Positions 41,454 to 53,949 of a stretch of 64,000 nt of DNA are shown here, piece by piece. Position numbers and translations under genes: made by a program. The stretch comes from Escherichia coli (GTDB taxonomy: Bacteria; Pseudomonadota; Gammaproteobacteria; Enterobacterales; Enterobacteriaceae). The notes beneath the pieces were generated by a model. That model was not told the origin of the DNA and made no database searches. It saw nothing but the letters and a program-made list of their open reading frames with translations. The stretch lies in assembly GCF_024223415.1 (NCBI RefSeq), contig NZ_CP100500.1. One strand, given 5' to 3'. Position 1 is the first letter of the stretch. Each line of letters opens with the position of its first letter.

Positions 41454-42230
41454 TTAACGGTACGGATCCATCCAGCGTAAACCGGCTTCCGTGGTGGTTT
41501 GGGGTTTATATTCACAACCAACCCAACCGTTGTAGTCAGAATTTTCGATTACCTTAAAGAGATAATCATAATTAATTTCTCCGGTCCCCGGTTCGCCGCG
41601 ATGCGGATTATCGGCAATTTGCAGGTGACCAATTTTATCGGCCCACTGAGTCATGGTGTTGGTTAATTCACCTTCCATCCGCTGCATGTGATAAATGTCA
41701 TACTGAATTTTCAAATTGCAGCAACCAACATCATCAATCAATTTCAGCGCCTGCCGAGTTCCGGTGAGATGGAAACCAGGAATATCAAAATGGTTAATAG
41801 GTTCAATCAGTAATAAAATATCTTCTTTCATCAGCATATTCGCGGCATAACGCAGGTTTTCTACAAGCGTTGCGTGAATCTGTTCACTGCTGAAACCAGC
41901 CGGCGTTTTACCGACCAGACAGTTAATTTTTTTATTACCCAGCGCACGGGCATAACGAATCGCTGCTGCTACGCCATCCCGAAACTCTTCTTCACGACCA
42001 GGAATACAGGCAATACCGCGCTCCCCCGCCGCCCAGTCACCCGCCGGTAAATTGTGCAGCGTATGTTCGAGTTTATTACTCGCCAGCACCTGTTTTAATT
42101 CTTCAATGTCGTAGTCATAAGGAAACATAAATTCAACGCCGCGAAAACCACACTGCGCAGCTTTCTCAAAACGGGCGAGAAAATCATATTCACCAAATAA
42201 CATCGATAAATTAGCAGAGAAACGTAACAT
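41454..42230 (-). CDS. hyi: Hydroxypyruvate isomerase
   Basis: 258-aa TIM-barrel ORF between gcl and glxR. Confidence 0.9.
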   Translation of the reverse strand: MLRFSANLSMLFGEYDFLARFEKAAQCGFRGVEFMFPYDYDIEELKQVLASNKLEHTLHNLPAGDWAAGERGIACIPGREEEFRDGVAAAIRYARALGNKKINCLVGKTPAGFSSEQIHATLVENLRYAANMLMKEDILLLIEPINHFDIPGFHLTGTRQALKLIDDVGCCNLKIQYDIYHMQRMEGELTNTMTQWADKIGHLQIADNPHRGEPGTGEINYDYLFKVIENSDYNGWVGCEYKPQTTTEAGLRWMDPYR

Positions 42231-42242
42231 TATTTATCTCCC

Positions 42243-44024
42243 TTATTCATAGTGCATGAAGCAGGTTTCAGTCGGTGCATCCGCTGCGTTATCGGCGATA
42301 TCTTCAAATTCCATGACGTTATCCAGTTCGCTGCCCATCGAAATATTGGTCACACGCTCGAGAATAACTTCCACGACTACCGGTACCCGATATTGCGCCA
42401 TTAAGGCTTTCGCCTGTTCAAAGGCCGGTGCAATATCTTCCGGTTTGAAGACGCGAATCGCTTTACAACCTAAACCTTCCGCTACTTTTACGTGGTCGAC
42501 GCCGTAACCGTTCACTTCGCTGGAGTTGATATTCTCGAAAGCGAGTTGCACGCAGTAGTCCATGTCAAAGGCGCGTTGTGACTGACGAATCAGGCCGAGA
42601 TAGGCGTTATTCACCAGCACATGGATGTACGGAATGTTGAACTGCGCGCCAACGGCTAACTCTTCAATCAGGAACTGGAAGTCGAAGTCACCGGAAATCG
42701 CCACCACATTGCGTTTCGGATCAGCGGCACAAACCCCTAGCGCCGCCGGAATCGTCCAGCCTAACGGACCAGCCTGACCACAGTTGATCCAGTGGCGGTC
42801 TTTAAAGACATGCAGCATTTGTGCCGCAGCGATTTGTGACAGACCGATGGTGGTAACATAACAAACATCGCGACCAAAGGCTTTGTTCATCTCTTCATAC
42901 ACGCGCTGCGGTTTCACCGGCACGTTGTCGAAGTGGGTTTTGCGCAGCAAAGTGCGTTTGCGCTGCTGGCAGTCGGCGACCCATTCTTTACGACACGGCA
43001 GACGACCCGCTTTTTGCATCTCCTGCGCCACTTCAACCAGCAGTGTCAGCGCCGCTTTAGCATCAGAGACAATGCCGAGATCCGGACACAGCACGCGGCC
43101 AATTTGCGTCGGCTCAATATCGATATGAACGATTTTGCGCCCTTCGGTGTATTTCTCTACCGAACCGGTATGACGGTTAGCAAAACGGTTACCGATACCA
43201 AACACCATGTCGGACGCCAGCAGCGTTGCGTTACCGTAACGATGCGCGGTTTGCAGACCGACCATCCCGGCCATCAGTTCATGATCGTCCGGGATACAGC
43301 CCCAGCCCATCAGTGTTGGGATCACCGGAACGCTGGTCAGTTCAGCAAACTGTTGTAACAGTGCAGCTGCGTCAGCATTGATTACCCCACCCCCGGCAAC
43401 AATCACCGGACGTTCGGCCTGGATTAACATTTCTACAGCTTTTTCGATCTGCATACGGCTGGCAGCAGGTTTGTAGACCGGCAGCGGTTCGTACATGTCA
43501 GGATCAAACTCGATTTCCGCAACCTGAACGTCGAACGGTAAATCCACCAGTACCGGACCCGGACGACCAGAACGCATCAGGTGAAATGCCTGTTGCAGCA
43601 CGCGAGGCACCAGCGCCGCTTCACGAACTGTAACCGCCATTTTGCTGACCGGTTTAGCGATTGCTTCAATATCTACGGCCTGAAAATCTTCTTTATGCAG
43701 ACGGGCGCGCGGTGCCTGGCCGGTAATGCACAGAATAGGAATGGAATCAGCAGAAGCGGAATAGAGCGCGGTGATCATGTCCGTGCCCGCAGGACCGGAA
43801 GTCCCCAGACATACGCCGATATTCCCTGCCGTTGCGCGGGTATAACCTTCCGCCATGTGCGAAGCACCTTCCACATGACGCGCCAGAATGTGACGAATAC
43901 CGCCGTGCTTACGCATCGCTGAGTAGAACGGATTGATTGCAGCTCCCGGAACGCCGAAGGCGGTGGTGATACCTTCTTTCTCCAGCACATACATTGCCGC
44001 GTCAACGGCTCTCATTTTTGCCAT
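42243..44024 (-). CDS. gcl: Glyoxylate carboligase
   Basis: 593-aa product from [34 protein letters not shown]...; ThDP enzyme. Confidence 0.95.
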
Positions 44025-44044
44025 TTTATTCCTACCTCTATTAA

Positions 44045-44061
44045 TTGGAAAAATTTTCCAA
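44045..44061. promoter_or_regulatory. AllR operator-like palindrome in the gcl promoter
   Basis: TTGGAAAAATTTTCCAA perfect inverted repeat just upstream of the gcl start. Confidence 0.6.
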
Positions 44062-44113
44062 CCTTCAAATTTTGTCAAAAAAACCCGCTCCGCAGAGCGG
44101 GATGCGACAGACA

Positions 44114-44929
44114 CTATGGATGTGCTTTCAGTCCCAACGCCGTGCTGATATCGCGGGCGGTGTCTCTGACCAGCTCACCCTGACTGACAAAACGATCTTC
44201 TGTCAGTCTTGATGAAGGCCCGGAGATGGAGATAGCGGCAACAACACTACCGACATCATCGTAAATTGCTGAAGCTATGCAATTCAGACCTACAACATGC
44301 TCTTCTTTATCTACGGTATAGCCCAGTTCACGCGCTTGTTCCAGGTCCTTCAGCAAGGTGAGCATATCCACAAGCGTAGTTGGCGTAAACTGCTGCAAAC
44401 CGGTTTGCAGAATGATGCTCATCAACTCCTCTTCCGCCAGCGGATAAAGCAGCGCTTTGCCCGCACCGGAAGCATGCAGTGGCAGACGACTGCCCAGTGG
44501 CGCACACATCCTGACCATCGATTTACACTCTAACTGACCAATTAATACCGCTTCATTGCCGTTACGGATCGCGACATTGACCGTTTCGCCGGAAAGTAAC
44601 ATCAGGCGGCGCATAAACGGCCCGGCGACGGAGAGGACATCGCGGTTATGGATGTACGCTGCACCGACGTTAAAGACACCTAATCCTATATGCCACCAGC
44701 CTAACTGACTGTCCTGATAGACAAAATCCGCTGCCTGTAAAACCTTCAGCAAGCGAAAGGTCGTGGAGAGCGGCAAATCCAGATTGAGAGAAATATCGCT
44801 AACCGACGAACTTCCCCCACTTTTTTCCAAATATTGCAGAATCGCAATTCCCCGCTCTAACGCCTGTGCGCCCTTCTGTGCCACAGGCTCCGCCTGTCCT
44901 GGCCTGCCGCGCCGTCTAACTTCCGTCAT
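44114..44929 (-). CDS. allR: IclR-family repressor of the allantoin regulon
   Basis: 271-aa ORF with IclR-type HTH and effector domain. Confidence 0.9.
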
Positions 44930-45006
44930 ACCTACGTTAACTCCGACCTACAAGTGAGCATAAACAATGAACAATTAGTTTATCTTATGCAAGTCGGTTG
45001 CAGGCG

Positions 45007-45489
45007 TCACGCAAAACAGAGTTCCTGTTCAGGAATACTTTCAACATCACAGTTGTCACTGCCGCCGCGATCGATGGTCAGAAAATCGGTGACGCGCTGC
45101 CAGGCGAAAAGTGGGTGATGCCAGACGTTACGATGGTAATTCACTCCCTGTTCGCCGTTGGTGATAAACGCCCGCAGCGTTGACAGGTCTGGTTTGTCGT
45201 CGCCTAACGCCACGACCACCACAAACACCTCACCTTTCATCGGGATAAAGGCCTGAGTACCCAGCGGATGACGTTCGAGTTCGTGAATGGTCAGCGGCAG
45301 ATTCGCCGGTTGCGCGCGGTTAATGCTGATAAGCGTACGGTCTTGCTCAAGAATCTCAACCAGCGCCAAATCGTGGTAACGCTCCACCAGGCCATTGTTA
45401 ATATGGAAAAAATCCCGTTGCTGCGTTTCGATTACGTCGCCATAAGCACTAAAGGCTTTCTGACTTAACGGTAATACCTGAAGTTTCAT
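45007..45489 (-). CDS. allA: Ureidoglycolate lyase
   Basis: 160-aa [24 protein letters not shown]... Confidence 0.9.
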   Translation of the reverse strand: MKLQVLPLSQKAFSAYGDVIETQQRDFFHINNGLVERYHDLALVEILEQDRTLISINRAQPANLPLTIHELERHPLGTQAFIPMKGEVFVVVVALGDDKPDLSTLRAFITNGEQGVNYHRNVWHHPLFAWQRVTDFLTIDRGGSDNCDVESIPEQELCFA

Positions 45490-45594
45490 CTTTTTGTCCT
45501 TGTAACATAATTCCGTTCAACCACCGCCGACCGGTCAGCTTGGTTTCAATAACAGGCAATCTAAAACCTTAAGAGAACAACATCAACACAAAAG

Positions 45595-45611
45595 TTGGAA
45601 TATTTTTCCAA
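45595..45611. promoter_or_regulatory. AllR operator-like palindrome in the allA-allS intergenic region
   Basis: TTGGAATATTTTTCCAA inverted repeat between the divergent allA and allS genes. Confidence 0.6.
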
Positions 45612-45718
45612 AACTAGATTTAGTCCACAAATTGAACAGGGTTATCATGTAAAAATACTGATAAATCAGAGGATAAGAAAATCACGCAACTTGCGGATTT
45701 AAAAGGGGATACCTGAAG

Positions 45719-46645
45719 ATGTTCGATCCAGAAACCTTGCGGACTTTCATTGCGGTTGCTGAAACAGGAAGTTTTTCAAAAGCGGCAGAACGATTATGTA
45801 AAACCACGGCGACGATCAGTTATCGCATTAAACTTCTGGAAGAGAATACCGGAGTAGCGCTGTTTTTCCGCACGACTCGCAGCGTGACGTTGACAGCGGC
45901 TGGCGAGCATCTACTTTCCCAGGCCAGAGACTGGCTGAGCTGGCTGGAAAGTATGCCAAGCGAGCTGCAACAGGTGAATGATGGCGTGGAACGCCAGGTG
46001 AATATTGTCATCAACAACCTGCTCTATAACCCCCAGGCCGTCGCCCAGTTGCTGGCGTGGCTGAATGAGCGTTACCCCTTTACCCAGTTTCACATCTCCC
46101 GACAAATCTATATGGGCGTCTGGGACTCGCTATTGTACGAAGGTTTTTCGCTGGCTATCGGCGTCACGGGAACTGAGGCGCTGGCAAATACCTTTAGTCT
46201 TGATCCCTTAGGATCGGTGCAATGGCGATTTGTCATGGCGGCGGATCATCCGCTGGCGAACGTTGAAGAGCCGCTAACAGAAGCGCAGTTGCGGCGCTTT
46301 CCGGCGGTCAATATTGAAGACAGCGCCCGCACCTTAACCAAACGCGTCGCCTGGCGATTGCCAGGGCAAAAAGAGATTATTGTTCCTGATATGGAAACGA
46401 AAATCGCCGCCCATCTGGCGGGCGTTGGCATTGGTTTTTTGCCAAAATCGCTTTGCCAGTCAATGATCGATAATCAACAACTGGTCAGCCGGGTAATCCC
46501 AACGATGCGCCCTCCTTCGCCATTGAGTCTGGCATGGCGCAAATTTGGCAGCGGCAAAGCGGTAGAAGATATTGTGACCTTGTTTACCCAGCGCAGGCCG
46601 GAAATCAGCGGATTTTTAGAAATTTTCGGCAACCCACGCAGTTAA
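45719..46645 (+). CDS. allS: LysR-family activator of the allDCE operon
   Basis: 308-aa [29 protein letters not shown]... with LysR HTH. Confidence 0.9.
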
Positions 46646-46698
46646 AAATCAAGTTTCCTTGCGCGTTGGCGCGTAAAATAACGCGCAAGCTGATTTGA

Positions 46699-47808
<1,110 letters not shown>

Positions 47809-47887
47809 TGAGGGACGTATTTGTATTAGTCGCGACTTGATCTGACACATGGCCTTGAAAGGTTGAGAGTTACCGGTTTTGATATGA

Positions 47888-48295
47888 GTGTCGAATCCTT
47901 ATCCAAAACAAGAGGTAACTCTCATGCTTCATACTGCCAATCCCGTCATCAAACACAAAGCCGGTTTGCTCAATCTGGCTGAAGAACTCAGCAACGTATC
48001 AAAAGCCTGTAAAATCATGGGCGTTTCGCGTGATACGTTTTATCGTTACCGCGAACTGGTCGCTGAAGGCGGTGTGGATGCGCAGATTAATCGTAGTCGC
48101 CGCGCTCCTAACCTTAAGAACCGTACCGATGAGGCAACTGAACAGGCTGTTGTTGATTACGCCGTCGCTTTCCCGACACATGGTCAGCACCGGGCCAGCA
48201 ACGAGCTGCGTAAACAGGGGGTTTTTATCTCCGACAGTGGTGTCCGTTCTGTCTGGTTACTCCATAACCTTGAGAATCTCAAAAGACGATACTGA
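47888..48295 (+). pseudogene. IS481-family-like transposase N-terminal fragment (HTH only)
   Basis: 135-aa ORF with transposase-type HTH (GVSRDTFYRYRELVAEGGVDAQINRSRRAP...) but no DDE catalytic domain. Confidence 0.5.
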
Positions 48296-48305
48296 ACAAA
48301 TTTTA

Positions 48306-48443
48306 TCAGGTGACGTTCCGTAAAAAGTTGTATGGAGTTCTCGATGCAGTCGGCGCGACTATCAGTACCCCCGCTGAACCCTGGACTATCGGGCCGCCGT
48401 ACTGGGGCATGTCACCCTGGCGTGCCGCTGGTTTTCCGCTAAT
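48306..48443 (-). pseudogene. Orphan Rhs N-terminal (PAAR-region) fragment
   Basis: Minus-strand reading ISGKPAARQGDMPQYGGPIVQGSAG... parallels the rhs start MSGKPAARQGDMTQYGGPIVQGSAG at 53521; ATG replaced by ATT, followed by unrelated sequence. Confidence 0.6.
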
Positions 48444-49039
48444 GGTTTATTTCCTCTTTCTTTCCCGGCAAGAATTTATTTTAATCCGGAAGGATTATTT
48501 ATTTTCAGATAGGGACTCACATTAAACACGTAACATTTTAATTAATGCATGGCTGAATATGTATTACACAATGTCAGATATCGTAAAAGACCAGTGCAAT
48601 TCTATGTAAACTCTCTGACTGTTTATTTTATTTGTTGTTTCAGGGTCGGAACTCACCCTCAATAAACAACTGAATACGAGTAGATATTCATCGTCTGAGC
48701 TATATGGCTTTACACAATAGCCGACATGTCTTTTCTCAGTCAGAAATTTTACTTTTCCTCACTACGAAGTTGACGACTTCGATATGGGATAGACTCTTAA
48801 TTCAAGCAATTACTCTGCACAAGCATCAGGCAATCCAGCTCCAATATTTGTTATAAAATAATGCGTAACATTAATTTCACCAACAAAAAAAAGGTTTACG
48901 CTATCCCCTTGCCCTGGTATTTTACCATATTTACACCACACTTTTTTTGTATCTGGATCATTCTCTGATACGATTTTCGCCACTTGTTCCCTGGCCCTCA
49001 CTGTCAATGTTTTCTTAAACCTACCCCCATCATCATTTG

Positions 49040-49300
49040 TTAGGGAAAAATAAGAAAAAAATAATCATCTTCTACATTTGTGTATATTGATATATCCACC
49101 GCTACGTGCGGAAAAAAATCTGGGAGCCATGTAAAAACTCCATCATTTTCTGGTATTGCCATATAGTTTATGTAATGTTTACTTACAAGAGATTCATCTT
49201 TGTATAAATAAAGATAAGTAATTACGCATAAAACAACAATGATTATAATAGCAAAAATAAATATTATCATCTTTGATAGATTACTTGAGATAGCCAGCAT
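49040..49300 (-). CDS. Small membrane protein; candidate Rhs immunity protein
   Basis: 86-aa ORF with one strong TM helix, AT-rich, directly downstream of and overlapping the rhs 3' end. Confidence 0.4.
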   Translation of the reverse strand: MLAISSNLSKMIIFIFAIIIIVVLCVITYLYLYKDESLVSKHYINYMAIPENDGVFTWLPDFFPHVAVDISIYTNVEDDYFFLIFP

Positions 49301-52300
49301 CTTGTAAAGCCTTTATCGTTTTTTTATGCTCTGGATTAATATAATCACTACATCTATCTGAGCAATCTGTTGTTGATGGACATGTCAACCCATGGTCATT
49401 TACAGCCAAGTCTTTTTTATTATCTTCAATCATTTCAGAATGGGATAGCTTTACTTTTCTGCCGTACATACCGAACAGATTTAACCCGTAATCTCTAATC
49501 TCTTTTTCATAACCCAGCCCTTTCGCCGATCGGCTAACACCAGCGTCATTTAATTTAGACACTCGACAAAATGCCATACAATGGAAAAATTGATCAGTCC
49601 CACCTAAATTTAATCTCTTCATATCTTCATAAGTATCAGATAATATATCCCATGCTCTTTGATGGTTTAGTTGATCTTTTCTTCTTATTAGCGCTACATC
49701 TGCGGGACTTAACCCTAATGGATCAATACCATTCACCGGATTCAGCGGATACGCATACAGACTCCATCCCCCCTCCAGCCCTATCGGGTCCTGAGTGATA
49801 TACCGCCCCTGCAACGGATCGTAGTACCGGTTCCGGTTGTAGTACAGCCCCGACTCCTTATCATACTGCTGCCCCGGCAGCCGGTACGGCTGGTGCAGGT
49901 GATGCGGGTTCTCCTCATTAAGCTGGTTGCCCCATTCATCATATTCCGCGCTCCACGCCGTATTGCCGTCTTCACTGATAAGCGCCAGCGGCAGGCCCCG
50001 GTAGTCACAGTGATAAAGATGTATTTTTCGCTCAGGCAAATAAACCGGCTCTATCTGTGCCGCCAGCCGCTCCACCGTCAGCCCGCACTGCGCAAGCCAC
50101 TGGCGGCTTTCACTGCTCACGCAGTTTGCCCGGATTTCCCCCTCCAGCCTGTCCAGCAGCCCCACCAGTTCAGCCGGGAACACCACACCGTGGCCGTCTT
50201 CGCTCCCTTCCTGCTGCAGCTTCTCCGCCAGGCTGCGGCACTGCGCTTTCTCCCGTTCACCGTTGTCTGTTTCGATGCGGATGAGCGGCGCGAAGCTCCC
50301 CGGCTGGTATACCGTCTGGATACGCGTGGTGTCGGTCTGTACCGTCGTCAGCCGGTCGCCGTCCCATCCGTACCACGTCACCTCCGGTTTACGCGACAGC
50401 GACATCCATCCCGTCAGGTCACGCTCCCGCCGCCATACCCGTTTCGCCATTCGCCGTCCCAGCGGGTCACAGAGGTAGCGGCTCTCGACCAGTGGCTCGC
50501 CATGCTGTATCCGCGTGTGGAACACCAGGCGGTGCTGGCTGTCGTAGTGATAGTGGTGGGTCCGCTCGTCGTCCGTCCGTATCACACCCGCCGGGATGCG
50601 GTCCGTCTTCTCCGTCAGCCTGCCGTATTCATCGTGGCGGTAGACATAGTGCGCATCCTCCGCGATGCGGTTATCCGGCCACACTGTGAGTGTACTGTCC
50701 GGGTGCAGCTCCGGGTCCGGCAGCCGGTTTCCCGCCGGGTCGGTCGCATACGGGATGCGGATGTCCAGGTCCGGTGCGAGGGTGCGCACGCTCTCCAGCC
50801 TGCCCGTGGCGCTGTAGCCGTATTCCCGCGTCTGCCGGGGGGCGCTGATGCGCACCAGGTCGCCGTTGTCACTCCACCCGTAGTCACGGTCATATACCAG
50901 GCTGTTCAGGTGCTGGCTCTGTAACCGGCCTGCGGGGGTGTATGTGTTGGTCAGTTCATATGCGGCATTACTGCCTGCCATGCTGCCGAAGCTGCGCACC
51001 GTCTCCCGGTGCAGGCGGTCGCGCGTGAACTCCAGCAGCGGCGTCCCGCCCAGCTTCATTCCCGCCAGGTAACCGCTGCCATACGTCAGCCACTCCACCG
51101 GCGGCAGGCTGTCCGGCGTGACGCGGTTTGCCAGCCCCTGTTCGTTGTATGCGTGTTTCGTCTCATGCTGCCACAGCAGTTCCCCCGTCTCCGGGTTCTC
51201 CACCGTCTGGCGTTCGCCGGTCAGGCGGCCCTTATCGTCGTAGCCGTAGTGGGCAGCGACACGGTGGCCTTCACTGAGATGGCTGATGTCTGTCAGCCAG
51301 CCGTGGCCGTCATACTGCCACTGCTCTGCCGGTTCACCGTTTACCGTGCGGTGAGTGATACAGTCCGATTCATCGTAGTACCAGAGGGTGACAAGCCCCT
51401 CATCTTCACTCTGCGTGAGTTTTCCTGTCAGGTCATAATGATAACGCAGCGTCCGCCCGTCAAAGCCGCCCTGCTGTACCAGGCGGTCCAGCGCATCGTA
51501 ACTGAAATCACTGTGGCTGCCGTTCTCGTTAGTCAGACTGATGACACGTCCGGCAACATCGTACTCCATACTGCGCGTCAGCCCGCCCTGCGTGGTGCTG
51601 ACCGCCTTTCCCCACGCATCGTACTGTGTCTCGCTCCGGTTGCCGTCCGGGGTGATAACGGCAGTCAGGTCGCCTGCGGCGTTGTACTCATACCGCGTTT
51701 CATGGCCCTGTGCGTCTTTCACCGAGATTAACCGGCCACGGTTGTCATAGCGGCGGTAAAGGCTGATGCCTTCCTCGCGGTGGACCGCCGTCATCTGGCC
51801 GAAGCGGTCGTATTCATAGCGGGTCTGGTAGCCCGAGCAGTCGGTGAACGCCAGCAACTGACCGTAGCGGCTCCAGGTCATCTGCCGGGTGCTGCCCGTC
51901 GCATCTGTTGTCGTGGCCGGTAATTCACTGTGCGGATTATCATAAGCATGCCGGATGACGTCCCCGCTGCGCGATGTCTCCGATACCAGCCTGCCCGGTT
52001 CATCATATGCCCGGCGGCTCTCCAGCCCGTCCGGGGACACCACCGCCGTCAGCTGGTTCCCGTCGTTATAGTAAAATTTCGTCTCCCGCCCGTCCGGTGT
52101 GGTGATGTCCGTGATATCGCCGGACACCACATTCAGACCGTACTCTGTCCGCCGTCCCGCCGCGTCCGTCTGCGCCGTGAGCCTTCCTGCCGCGTCATAC
52201 CCGCTGTGCGTGACGCTGCCGTCCGCCAGTTCTTTTTTCACCACCCGCTTCAGCCCGGCCCCGCCTTCTGTATGCAGCACCTCACGCCGGTTCAGGCTAT

Positions 52301-53521
52301 CCGTGACGGTGATGCGGTCCTGCTCATACTGGTAGCGGTAACTCAGGCCTGCCGGGTTCAGCTGCTCCACCACCCGCCCGGTATCGTCGTAGCGGTAGCG
52401 CATCTCCGGCCTTCCCGCATAACGGTGCCCCACCATCCGGCCCGGGTGCTGCGCGTCATACGTGAAAGCGCGCACCTGCGTATTGCTGCGGTCATATACC
52501 GCCAGCAGTTCACCGGCTTCCGTATACGTGTACCGCACCAGTGGCGCACCGGGCAGGCTCTCCGGGTATGCCGGATCGTGCATCAGCCACACCGCCGAAA
52601 GGCGGATGCCCCTGTCGGGGCCGTATTCGGTACCGGGCAGTGTGTCGGGGAACGCTGAGGCTGAGAGAGGGCGGGAACGGTCAGAAGAAGATAGCGAAGA
52701 GGTGCGGGCCTCTTCCGCACGCTGCGCCTGCGTGGTCAGCACCAGACGGAACTCCCGCCCGGCACCGTCCGTCACGCCGGTGATTCCCCCGGCCAGGTCA
52801 CCGGCGGCCTCACGCCGGTGATTCCCCCGGCCAGGTCACCGGCGGCCTCACGCCGGTACGTCAGCGTCCGCCCGAAGCGGTCCGCCATCCCGGTAAGCAC
52901 CCGGTACGGCGGCAGCGGCGCTGGCAGTACGTCCTCAGCACCCGGCACCCGCTCAGACCACCCCAGTATCCACCACGGCCCCTGTGCGCTGTTGGTCGCC
53001 AGGTAAAGATGCGGGCTTAACCGGATATCCGGCGGCAGCGACGCCCACAGCCGTGCCAGCGTATGGCCGTCCGGCTGTGCTGCCTTACCACCGCGCACCA
53101 GCCACAGGGACTCGCTGCGGCTGTACACCGCCTCACCCGGCAGCAGCGGCTCAAAGTGAATGCTCCGTCCGCCGTTGTCGTTGAGTACCAGTGCATCATC
53201 GCGTAGCTGTAAGCGGATATCAGAAGGCGCTTTCCAGCCGGGGCCAAAAATCCCCACCGGTGCAGGCGTCTTCGTCCGGTAGCTGCTGTAGGTGCGGGAG
53301 AGAATGAACGGCAGCGGGCCGGGCAGCGCAAGGTCCGTCTCGCCGGGCAGCACCTTCGCCCCCAGCAGCGGATTTACCGGGTTGCCCGAAGTCATCCCGC
53401 CCGGACACACCGAGCACGCCACGCCAGTTGGCGCGCCAATTCTTACACCTGCCGAACCCTGGACAATGGGACCGCCATACTGAGTCATATCTCCCTGACG
53501 CGCCGCTGGTTTTCCGCTCAT
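49281..53521 (-). pseudogene. Rhs family polymorphic toxin gene frameshifted by a 38-bp tandem duplication
   Basis: ORFs 52772..53521 (PAAR-like N-terminus) and 49281..52775 (YD-repeat core, DPIGL, AT-rich C-terminal tip) are split by a perfect tandem duplication at 52772-52847. Confidence 0.85.
52772..52847. repeat. Perfect 38-bp tandem duplication inside rhs
   Basis: TCACGCCGGTGATTCCCCCGGCCAGGTCACCGGCGGCC occurs twice in tandem (52772-52809, 52810-52847), bounded by the 10-bp microhomology TCACGCCGGT. Confidence 0.85.
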
Positions 53522-53949
53522 ATAAAGTGCCCTTTTAGTTATTGTTCATATCCCTGTGTTAGTAACAAAAAAATAAAATGACACACAAGACCAGCTAATG
53601 TATTTATATATTTTTCACATAAACTTATTTGTTCTCAATCAACAACAACTGTTATTACAGGTCACTTTCAATATTTTATTAAACTAAAATTTTTAGCACA
53701 GATGAATTCATCATCAACAAATTCACTATATGGATAATATCCATTCAACGCATATGATTTATGATTTTATTAGTCTGAGTTATTTTTGTAGGGCTATATT
53801 TAAAATTATTAAACTCCACCGATTCAGATTAATATCAGCAATAGAAAGATAGGAAATCACCAATTCAATAACATCATCAATGAAACATATTGTAGAATTA
53901 ATTTAAACAAGGCGTTCCATTCAACCAGAACGCCCCTTATTTACTCTCA

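Noticed and set aside
49893-52658. Long plus-strand ORFs (343, 240, 242 aa and others) antisense to rhs
   Set aside because: The GC-rich rhs core generates long stop-free antisense frames; the products are low-complexity R/P/A-rich with no start context.
52772-52847. The rhs 38-bp duplication as a definite biological inactivation
   Set aside because: Not rejected as an observation, but tandem repeats with microhomology can be assembly artefacts, so it is reported as needing resequencing.
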